Below, one piece after another: positions 38,335-48,986 of a stretch of 48,986 nt of DNA; position 1 is the stretch's first letter; the number at the start of each line of letters is the position of its first letter. The position numbers and the translations under genes are program-made. Below the pieces are notes generated by a model, which was given only the letters and a program-made list of their open reading frames with translations, was not told the origin of the DNA and did not search any database. The DNA lies in contig NC_068988.1 of assembly GCF_001194135.2 (NCBI RefSeq), forward strand, positions 72,511,069-72,560,054, given 5' to 3'. Source of the stretch: Octopus bimaculoides (lineage: Eukaryota).

Positions 38335-38700
38335 TGGAACATTCCCATCAAAACTTCTGTCAAGTGTAAACATAACAGGCAGGACATTGTTATTTGGGAC
38401 GATTAAGAGAAAGTATGTACCGTCATAGCGATTAGTTGTACTGCTGAAGTGAATATCTCTGAGAAGTAAAGATAATGAGAATAGCTATGGATAACTGCTT
38501 CGAAACCTATATCCAGATTATAAATTCGCATTTATAGCAATAATAGTTGGTGCACTTGGTTTTGTTATCAAATGCCAAAGCGATAGTCTGGATAAGCTAG
38601 TGGTTTCGGGAAAACAAATCAAGCAATTAACTTGCACTTTACAAATACAGTTAAACAGCGGAACAGTTAAAACATACAAGATTTTTCTTAAGTTTAAAAT
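38335..38700 (+). mobile_element. Restriction-like endonuclease (RLE) domain fragment of an R4/Dong-like LINE
   Basis: WNIPIKTSVKCKHNRQDIVIWDD*EKVCTVIAISCTAEVNIS...YPDYKFAFIAIIVGALG; a degenerate HNRPDI / E.SCP.D.N motif. Confidence 0.8.
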
Positions 38701-38958
38701 ATGGCATTGTTTTTGTTATCTATAATACCAAAGATGGAATTTTGATTCTTTGTTAGAAACCAACTCCTTCATCAGAGGAAGAATTTAAATAATTAAGAAC
38801 AGGAGAAAGCATACATACATACATGCATACATGCATGCATACATACATACATACATACATATAAACATATATGCATACATACATGCATACATACATACAT
38901 ATGGTACTTACAATTTGCAAGATGTATCTTCAAAAGATTAGCACAGCTCATTTTTCAC

Positions 38959-39100
<142 letters not shown>

Positions 39101-39181
39101 TAGGTTGAATTAAGTACCTAAGTTGAAGTACCAAGTCAGTCCGGTATTATCCGCACAGCTCAAAGTAAGGTGAATAAAATC

Positions 39182-39464
39182 AAAATAAACAACAGGATAT
39201 CAAGTGGTGATGCAGTACGACCGTTGCAAGCGAATCCATTTAATTGAACAATGCAATCATTACATCAACTTCAATGCAGTGCCATCTTCAGCTGCACAAA
39301 TAAATAAATAGAATTTTAACCAGTAGTACATTAAAATTCTATTTATTTGTGCAGCTGAAGATGGCACTATGTTTAAATTGATGTAATGATTGCATTGTTC
39401 AATTAAATGGACTCGCTTGAAACGGTCGTACTGCATCACTACTTGATATTCTGTTGCCTATTTT
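39182..39464. mobile_element. Near-perfect palindromic (foldback/MITE-like) element
   Basis: Arms about 39182-39319 and 39331-39464 with an 11-nt loop CCAGTAGTACA. Confidence 0.75.
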
Positions 39465-39563
<99 letters not shown>

Positions 39564-40122
39564 CGAGTGTGAGTCAAAAAGTAATACCATCTTGTTTAGG
39601 ACAGGTATAATTACCAACACAGTAACAAGTGTCATACATCAAAATGAAGCTGGTTCTCTGTGGATCACATCCCTACTTCTCAACATAGTCAGCATTTCTC
39701 TCAATAGCAATGTTCCACCTTCGAATGAGAACATGTATCCCTGACCCGTAAAATTCTGTTGACTGTTCTTTAAGCCACTTCTTCACTATAGTTTTCACTT
39801 CCTCGTCACTGAAATAATGTTTGCCTCTCAAACCCTCTTTCCTGGCGCCGAAGAGATGATAGTCTGAAGGCGCTAAATCTGATAAGTGTGGAGGTAGTGA
39901 AGAAGTGGCTCAAAGAACAGTCAACAGAAGTTTACGGGGCAGGGATACATGCTCTCATTCGAAGGTGGAACATTGCTGTGCTGTTGAGAGAAACGGTGGC
40001 TATGTTGAGGAGTAGGGAAGTGATTCAGAGGACCAGCTTCATTTTGATGTATGATACATGTTCATGTGTTGGGAATTATACCTGCCCTAAGCAAAATGGC
40101 ATTACTTTTTGACTCACCCTCG
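39564..40122. mobile_element. Mariner-derived non-autonomous element made of two inverted 3' ends
   Basis: TA|CGAGTGTGAGTCAAAAAGTAAT...ATTACTTTTTGACTCACCCTCG|TA. Minus 39879-39673 encodes DLAPSDYHLFGARKEGLRGKHYFSDEEVKTIVKKWLKEQSTEFYGSGIHVLIRRWNIAIERNADYVEK*; the plus arm 39895-40122 repeats the same 3' end. Confidence 0.92.
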
Positions 40123-40839
40123 TATATAAATATGTTGCATAAGTGAATCTATACACATACGCGCGCGAGCGTGAGCGCATCGTGTAACAATCCAATCATT
40201 CTCAATGACATTTAGAACGATGCTACTAGAATAAGTAGGATAATTTCTTATCTGTCTTCTTACGCAGATGTCTTTAGTAGGCCCTTGCTACAGTGATGCG
40301 CAAGCTAGAAGGTAATTTTGTGTAAAGGATAGATGAAGAATCATCCCGCACACACACACATCAGAGAATGCAGAGAAAATGGAAGATAAATTATTCTAAT
40401 GTAGCATAAGATGCTTCCAATAATATAGCCAAGAACTTTCTCACTCCAGTAAGACAACTTTTCAACACCCATAACATTACGGTCAGATACTTCTGCCAAG
40501 TCAACATCATTCACAAGATTATACACTACAACCTACAACAAGCAGCTAATACTCAAATGACCATCTTGTACCTGCCGAAATCCCACTTAATGCATCAAAT
40601 TAGGAGAATCATTCGAGGGTCTAAGTGGATGCTTTGATATCTGTTCTGAACTTCTGCCTTATGAGTAAGTCAGTAACGAGAATTTCCAATGTTGCGCAGC
40701 GCATGCCATCTCTAAGGTTATTAGTAAAGTACGTGAGTAAAATAGCTGAAACCTAAACTCAGGTTCCAGTTCTACTCCACTCACTATAACATATTGGTTT
40801 TCTTATTTTTGTACGTTATATGAGAGTACATATAGACAC

Positions 40840-40886
<47 letters not shown>

Positions 40887-41744
40887 NNNNNNNNNNNNNN
40901 NNNNNNNNNNNNNNNNNNNNNNNNNNNNNNNNNNNNNNNNNNNNNNNNNNNNNNNNNNNNNNNNNNNNNNNNNNNNNNNNNNNNNNNNNNNNNNNNNNNN
41001 NNNNNNNNNNNNNNNNNNNNNNNNNNNNNNNNNNNNNNNNNNNNNNNNNNNNNNNNNNNNNNNNNNNNNNNNNNNNNNNNNNNNNNNNNNNNNNNNNNNN
41101 NNNNNNNNNNNNNNNNNNNNNNNNNNNNNNNNNNNNNNNNNNNNNNNNNNNNNNNNNNNNNNNNNNNNNNNNNNNNNNNNNNNNNNNNNNNNNNNNNNNN
41201 NNNNNNNNNNNNNNNNNNNNNNNNNNNNNNNNNNNNNNNNNNNNNNNNNNNNNNNNNNNNNNNNNNNNNNNNNNNNNNNNNNNNNNNNNNNNNNNNNNNN
41301 NNNNNNNNNNNNNNNNNNNNNNNNNNNNNNNNNNNNNNNNNNNNNNNNNNNNNNNNNNNNNNNNNNNNNNNNNNNNNNNNNNNNNNNNNNNNNNNNNNNN
41401 NNNNNNNNNNNNNNNNNNNNNNNNNNNNNNNNNNNNNNNNNNNNNNNNNNNNNNNNNNNNNNNNNNNNNNNNNNNNNNNNNNNNNNNNNNNNNNNNNNNN
41501 NNNNNNNNNNNNNNNNNNNNNNNNNNNNNNNNNNNNNNNNNNNNNNNNNNNNNNNNNNNNNNNNNNNNNNNNNNNNNNNNNNNNNNNNNNNNNNNNNNNN
41601 NNNNNNNNNNNNNNNNNNNNNNNNNNNNNNNNNNNNNNNNNNNNNNNNNNNNNNNNNNNNNNNNNNNNNNNNNNNNNNNNNNNNNNNNNNNNNNNNNNNN
41701 NNNNNNNNNNTATATATATATATATATATGAAATTTTGAATTTA

Positions 41745-41802
41745 GTTCACGGACACCCAATACTACCTTGGCGGACCCCAGGTTGGAACCACTGCTCTAG
41801 CC
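41745..41802. mobile_element. hAT/Charlie-like terminal inverted repeat remnant
   Basis: GCGGACCCCAGGTTGGAACCACTG (reverse of the CAGTGGTT.CAACC type end) followed by CTCTAGCC, resembling the NTCTAGAN target preference; the other end is not seen (possibly in the gap). Confidence 0.4.
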
Positions 41803-42843
41803 AATGGATCTAAGTGTGATAACATATTATCAAAGTATAACTTTCAAACAACTAATGACAGCAATTGACAGGAAGGATAAATTACAGCTAGAGACTTCTG
41901 GAAGAACTCCGACCCAATGGATGCTGTGGGTAACATAGCTGAGTCATGAGATGAAGTGAAGTTCTTAGCTTTGAATGGTGCTTGTAAAAGTATATAGTCA
42001 GCCTGTATCTGTGACTTTTCAAGTTTTCCACAAACAAAAAAAGTCTATAATAAATTCGAGAAGATAATGTGACACTTGTAAATGATTAGGGTTTGGAGAA
42101 ATCATACAGGATGATGCGGTTGATAGAGAAAGTTTAAGGGGGAGTTGATGCTACCAAACTATTATAACTAACTGTAAAGATCCTAAAGGATTAGCAATTA
42201 TGAAGGAAGCTCAGTACGTTTTTGCTGATAGCAACTCTAATCATAAATGTAGCATAAAAATTACATATGCTCAGTTCCTTCACTAAGCTGTATAGAGAGA
42301 TGATGCACAATAAACACCAAACAATTCACCCTTGAAGTGGATATTAATGATGATGAACTATAACATAGAAGATATCCTCCTAGCTGCTTTTATTCCATTG
42401 CCACCAAACCTCACACAACTATTTGAAGAATGGTAGTGTATGTGTATGTATATCTATAAATGTATATAATACCTGGAGAGATTAAATCCAACTCTCTAAT
42501 CCTATCAAGGTCAACTGCGTCTTTCATCCTTTCATGATTGATAAATAAGGTAGCAATCTTGGGCTGGATGTTGGCGGAATTGTTAGAGAGTCTATTTTTA
42601 GGGCCTTGCAGCGTCTAATATGGCTCTCTGATTTCTGACGGCTACACAAATACAATATTGCTTGCATAAAGTGAGGAGACTCGCACGCAGTAACTATCGG
42701 TCTTCTACCAGGTTATATTACCTGCGCCTGCTCTTTTATAAGGAACTTTCCAGGTGCAGATCACACTCAGACTGTTTTCAAAAATGATGTTGATCAGTGT
42801 GTATATGTGTGTGTGAGTATGTATATACACACACACACATATA

Positions 42844-42908
<65 letters not shown>

Positions 42909-43343
42909 AACACGTATATATGTCTATATAGGAAAAAGAGATACAGAGAAAACGATGTGGACTCTGAACAGTGTGAAATGCGATGAAGCATTTAACTGAG
43001 TTGAAAAAAACATTTATTCAAAACCGAATTTCGTTGCCGTTCATCAGGCTACTAAATGCAAACATCTGCTTTAAATTTACTTCAAATAAGACAAAATTAA
43101 AAAGCAATTATTGTTTATTATTGAAGACAGAAAAAAGTTATGAGAAAGCCACGAACAGCCTGAGTATGACAGATTGTCTACGTACGTTATGAGACTTATA
43201 CTTGTTCATAAATTGCTAAGTGTGTGCGCGCGCACACACACATGCATACACACACATATATATACATACACATACACAAACATACATACATATATATTTA
43301 CAAACATACATGCATATTTACAAACATATATCTTTTATTTTTA

Positions 43344-43514
43344 CTTGTTTCAGACTGCGGTCACGCTGGAGCACTGCCTTGAAGGATTTTAGTCGACCAA
43401 ATCGAGATCAGGACTTTTTTTTTAGCCTAGTTATTATTATGTCGGTCTGTTTTGCCGAACTGCTAATTAACGGAGATGTAAACATACCAGCACCAGTTAT
43501 CAAGCTGTGATGGG
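43344..43514 (-). mobile_element. SINE body and 3' end
   Basis: CTTGTTTCAGACTGCGGTCACGCTGGAGCAC is the reverse-complement relative of 21017-21084. Confidence 0.7.
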
Positions 43515-43544
43515 AGAAAAACACAGACACAAAGACAGATGCAA

Positions 43545-43603
<59 letters not shown>

Positions 43604-44836
43604 CATACATACATACATACATACATACATACATACATACATGTATACATACTTTTTAACTCAAAATCATATAACGCAATGGCTGCCATCTAATTCTAAT
43701 AAGAAAAAACCTTACGCTAGAACTTTTCTTACAATTATTTTGTTTTACAAATCCAAATGTGTGTATGTAACGAAGATCAATGTCCATTTCGAGAAATGCA
43801 TGAAATTTTTCCGTTTTTCATAGCAGTAAAGACACTGAANNNNNNNNNNNNNNNNNNNNNNNNNNNNNNNNNNNNNNNNNNNNNNNNNNNNNNNNNNNNN
43901 NNNNNNNNNNNNNNNNNNNNNNNNNNNNNNNNNNNNNNNNNNNNNNNNNNNNNNNNNNNNNNNNNNNNNNNNNNNNNNNNNNNNNNNNNNNNNNNNNNNN
44001 NNNNNNNNNNNNNNNNNNNNNNNNNNNNNNNNNNNNNNNNNNNNNNNNNNNNNNNNNNNNNNNNNNNNNNNNNNNNNNNNNNNNNNNNNNNNNNNNNNNN
44101 NNNNNNNNNNNNNNNNNNNNNNNNNNNNNNNNNNNNNNNNNNNNNNNNNNNNNNNNNNNNNNNNNNNNNNNNNNNNNNNNNNNNNNNNNNNNNNNNNNNN
44201 NNNNNNNNNNNNNNNNNNNNNNNNNNNNNNNNNNNNNNNNNNNNNNNNNNNNNNNNNNNNNNNNNNNNNNNNNNNNNNNNNNNNNNNNNNNNNNNNNNNN
44301 NNNNNNNNNNNNNNNNNNNNNNNNNNNNNNNNNNNNNNNNNNNNNNNNNNNNNNNNNNNNNNNNNNNNNNNNNNNNNNNNNNNNNNNNNNNNNNNNNNNN
44401 NNNNNNNNNNNNNNNNNNNNNNNNNNNNNNNNNNNNNNNNNNNNNNNNNNNNNNNNNNNNNNNNNNNNNNNNNNNNNNNNNNNNNNNNNNNNNNNNNNNN
44501 NNNNNNNNNNNNNNNNNNNNNNNNNNNNNNNNNNNNNNNNNNNNNNNNNNNNNNNNNNNNNNNNNNNNNNNNNNNNNNNNNNNNNNNNNNNNNNNNNNNN
44601 NNNNNNNNNNNNNNNNNNNNNNNNNNNNNNNNNNNNNNNNNNNNNNNNNNNNNNNNNNNNNNNNNNNNNNNNNNNNNNNNNNNNNNNNNNNNNNNNNNNN
44701 NNNNNNNNNNNNNNNNNNNNNNNNNNNNNNNNNNNNNNNNNNNNNNNNNNNNNNNNNNNNNNNNNNNNNNNNNNNNNNNNNNNNNNNNNNNNNNNNNNNN
44801 NNNNNNNNNNNNNNNNNNNNNNNNNNTTATTATTAC

Positions 44837-44891
<55 letters not shown>

Positions 44892-44895
44892 ATCG

Positions 44896-45005
44896 ATTTG
44901 CCTTTCACCCCTCCCGGGATCAATAACATCAGTCACATATTGGGGTCGATAGTAAGGAGTAGCCTTACCCCCTCAAATCTGCGGGGCTTGTGCCTAAATC
45001 AGAAT
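44896..45005 (+). mobile_element. SINE internal/3' fragment
   Basis: TTTGCCTTTCACCCCT...GGGGTCGAT...GGCTTGTGCCTA matches the 37574 copy and the reverse of the 23895 copy. Confidence 0.6.
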
Positions 45006-45059
45006 TTTTTTTTAATTTTGCGTCCAGTCATCCTCGTCATTTTGAATTTGATCATTAAA

Positions 45060-45370
45060 GTTAGGGGGAGTTGCTAAATAATGTTGACCACGCCCCCACC
45101 TTTTTTTTATGTTATAATAACAAACAAAAATGGAAGTGAATAGTTCTTGCTATGCACCAAAAGAGGTTTGAAATTACAAAGAGGGCGAACAGTTGATTGG
45201 AAAAAAACCCAACTAACTGGCAACACACAAATTGCTGTGTTATTATGGCAACTGCATCTTTTGTCTATTTATCTTGTCTTCCTTGAAGATAAAGAATAAA
45301 ACAAACGGAAACCTTTTAACGCCATATTTATTTTATAACCACTGCTTCCCTTCTGTCAAGATGGCAGCAA
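45060..45370. promoter_or_regulatory. Promoter-like island (GC/KLF box, reverse CCAAT, X-box-like, YY1-like)
   Basis: CCACGCCCCC 45088-97; TGATTGG 45194-200; GTTATTATGGCAAC 45239-52; GCCATATT 45321-28; CAAGATGGC 45357-65. Confidence 0.35.
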
Positions 45371-48300
45371 TGTCACACTGTAGCCTCTCGTGAACTGCAC
45401 ATCCACTTTTCTTTCTCAAACTTATTCTTCACACACATCCTCTTCTGTTTTTCTCTTTCTTTCTCAATGCACTCTCCTCTCTCCCTCTCCGTCTCCCTCT
45501 CTCTCTCTCTCTCTCNNNNNNNNNNNNNNNNNNNNNNNNNNNNNNNNNNNNNNNNNNNNNNNNNNNNNNNNNNNNNNNNNNNNNNNNNNNNNNNNNNNNN
45601 NNNNNNNNNNNNNNNNNNNNNNNNNNNNNNNNNNNNNNNNNNNNNNNNNNNNNNNNNNNNNNNNNNNNNNNNNNNNNNNNNNNNNNNNNNNNNNNNNNNN
45701 NNNNNNNNNNNNNNNNNNNNNNNNNNNNNNNNNNNNNNNNNNNNNNNNNNNNNNNNNNNNNNNNNNNNNNNNNNNNNNNNNNNNNNNNNNNNNNNNNNNN
45801 NNNNNNNNNNNNNNNNNNNNNNNNNNNNNNNNNNNNNNNNNNNNNNNNNNNNNNNNNNNNNNNNNNNNNNNNNNNNNNNNNNNNNNNNNNNNNNNNNNNN
45901 NNNNNNNNNNNNNNNNNNNNNNACACACACACACACACACACAAAAATACTCTGCCTAGTTTTGTCCCTTGAAACATTATACATAAGAAAAGACGATATG
46001 ATAAAAATGAACGTTTCGTTATATAATTCTATCAATGACTGGTTATTTCCATCTAGTGTTGAAATAGAAAAGAAATTTAAAAACACAAAAACCTAAACTT
46101 TGATCTTCTATGGTTTCTTAATTGTAGGAATAAATTTAGGAATATTAGCACAGCAAGGAAGAGTGGTGGACTTGCTAAAAACTGTAGGGCGGAAGGTAAA
46201 ATGCCAAACTGTATTTAGTTACGTTCGTTTACGTTCCATTCCCATCGATGTTGGCCTTGTTTTTCATATTTCATCCTTTCAATGTCGATAACATAATTTC
46301 CAGTCAAGAACTGGAGTTATTGTCTTGTGTCTATATTAAAAATCAATGTTTGGAGAACGGAACGAAAGGAAGGGTGGCAGGAGAAATGGTAGAGTACTGG
46401 AAGAAATACCACCAGGACTTACCTTGCAGTCGTCATGGCTATAGTGTTTCCTTAATGTTGTGACACGTGCTAAAGTTATAAAGCGTCAGTTGTGACTTGA
46501 CTAAAATCGTAATGAGTTTTCACACAATGCCGAAGATCTTATAGTGTTCGTAAAATAAATACCAACCATAAGAGAAGGATAAGACAATTAACAATATACA
46601 CTTCCTTGCAAATGTGAATCTAAAATGACATATGTGAACATGTCTAATGGATATAAAGTATCAGAAGACAAACAATATCACAACAATATGATAGTAAGTC
46701 TATCAAGTATAAATACGCATTACTTGATATCATATACGCATTTGCAAGTGCATGGCTTGATATCAAAAACTTCACTTAGGCATCAATATTTTAACCACGC
46801 ATTTCTAAAATCAAATATTAAGTTTGCTAGTTTAAACCAAGTTCACGATTCGATTTTGATTTCCGGTTTAAGTCAGTTCACTTCACCTACATTCCGCTAA
46901 CTTAAATATCTGTAAAGTCTATATAATCTCATGAATTATCGCTTGTATTGTTGTTATATACTCCCAGAACATTACTTTATAATATTTCTTGTAAATTTTA
47001 TATCAGTCATGACAATAAAATAATTGTATGTGAAAATTCCTAATCGCTACAAAATGGCATCAATCTACAAATAACATCACCACAAAATTATATCAAATCA
47101 TGAACAAGGCTTAGCAGGTATAGATAAATATTAAAAAAACATCATATAGACATAACAGTTGCTGATATTATGTTAATACGTTTCTTGATATCAAACCCCT
47201 CACTTAAACTATTCACGCTAAAGGCTCAGTATGCTGCAAATGTTAAGTATGAAGCCAAATATATCAAGTATCGACCCTCTTCTGATATTTGGAGCTGGGG
47301 GGAAAATATTCAGAATTTAATGTTTTCAAATTGAAAGATAATTCTGCAGGCAGTGGAGCAAATCCACTCCATTCTTTAGCATTTACTAAAACAAGTACTC
47401 TATTAATATATAGAGATATTGCTTGTACCCGTCCCTCGTACAGCCTTAGCCTGTGTTTGCAAGGGGTACTGCGGCTGTGACGCATGTCTATTGAATTAAA
47501 ACAACGCATGGATGGAGTTATAAACTATTTTCGTTGACTGGAACCACTCGTCACAAGAAAACTTTTCTTTTTAAGAAGAAATAATTGATTTAATCCGCTC
47601 TTGTATCTTACAGATAATTATTTTATTGATGCTCGTGAGAAGACAGTTCTACCCAAAGTCTAACTGATATCAACAATATGAGACACGAAGTATTGCGTAT
47701 TTTATCCTTTTCTCTGTTTAAAAGCAAGCATAATTATTTTATCAAGCCCCAAAAGACAAATCATTCCTGGCAGAATTCAAACTCAAAATTTGTACATATT
47801 GATGCAAACTGATTATCGGAAGACACTATATTTCTACGTTGTACCAATTCTTCCAGGCATCTGCTGCTCTTAGAAACAAGGCGAAAAAACTGGGAAATAA
47901 ACCAATACTAAAATTTGATGTTGTTGTTATTTCCTTCAAAAGCATTTCACTTGTGACCAACCGATTGATTTGTAGGGGTTTTCAAGATTACTTTATCCAA
48001 ATCTGTACCTTTCTTTTTTTAGTATGATAGGATGTGATCTGATGAAAATTTGCCTGCTTTTCCCAAAAGGTTCAGTAACCAGATAGATACAACCCGGTTG
48101 GTTGGGAACGAACTGTTTTCTCAGTTATTTTAATTTAAATTTCAGTGAATAAAATCACAAACTAAATCTGTACGAACAACATAGTCGTATTTGGTTTACA
48201 AGTCGGAAGTTCGTTCATTTACTACAATTGTTTCCTAGTAAGAAATACAAAGCAACTGTAGTGTGAATGTTTCCCCTGGAAACTGTAACGAAATACAGAA

Positions 48301-48986
48301 CTAAAGATAAAATATATTCATTTATTAAGAGAATGAAAATTGATATTTCGTTATATACATAAACACCTATCGCTAACATCTTCATAAGAATCTTAAATTT
48401 AGAAAAACAAAACATCTGTCAGCAAAAGTTTCTTGCATAATAAAATTCTGAAGGCAAAAATCGTTATATGACCAAATAGCCAACTTAATGCAAACTTTTA
48501 AGGTATCAACATTCAATGGACTAAAAAGATATGCCAGTCTATAGCCAAGTCATTAACAGCTGGTTTATTTTTGGACAGATTCTTCGAATGTGACAGCCAT
48601 TTTGAGAAAATTATTTCAATACAAAAACAATAATATTCCACTTTAAAGAGTGCATACAGAATAAGGATTATGGATGTGTCTCCGGTTATTTAACTGGTGT
48701 TATACCTGAATCATATAAATAATTATGAATACGCATAAATTTTAATGAAAAGCATATTTAGATATTTATACACGTACAAGTGCCTATGTATGTTTGTGTA
48801 CAATGTTATACTGCACGTACCATATATATATATGGCTGACACTATACGAAAATACAAGCGTAACTTTAATGCATACAAACATGTAGGCAAATAAGCATAC
48901 ATGTCGAGAGCGGTTTTGAGGGCTGAATGATTTACAAATCAATAAGGATTAATCTAAATTCCTTAATTATATATATATATATATAT

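Overview
AT-rich, microsatellite-saturated eukaryotic draft-assembly DNA with 12 N-gaps. The repeat landscape suggests an octopus/cephalopod genome (inference). Only one host protein-coding gene is supportable: a NeuroD-family bHLH transcription factor on the minus strand (ATG 11740 to stop 10220). Its whole CDS lies in one exon directly behind a strong splice acceptor, so a non-coding first exon lies upstream and could not be located with certainty. The rest is a gene-poor landscape of tRNA-derived SINEs, decayed non-LTR retrotransposons (RTE, Tx1/L1, R4/Dong-like RLE type), a mirror-image mariner derivative, a palindromic MITE-like element, simple repeats and several motif-dense unique islands that may be NeuroD cis-regulatory elements. 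The most unusual object is at 6762-7239: a Pol III tRNA-headed SINE-like unit whose 3' part folds as a minimal, dimer-type (Penelope-like) hammerhead ribozyme, preceded by a near-perfect inverted copy of its own 3' end. Almost all other ORFs in the track are microsatellite, gap or antisense artefacts. All alignments and folds were done by eye; no searches were run.
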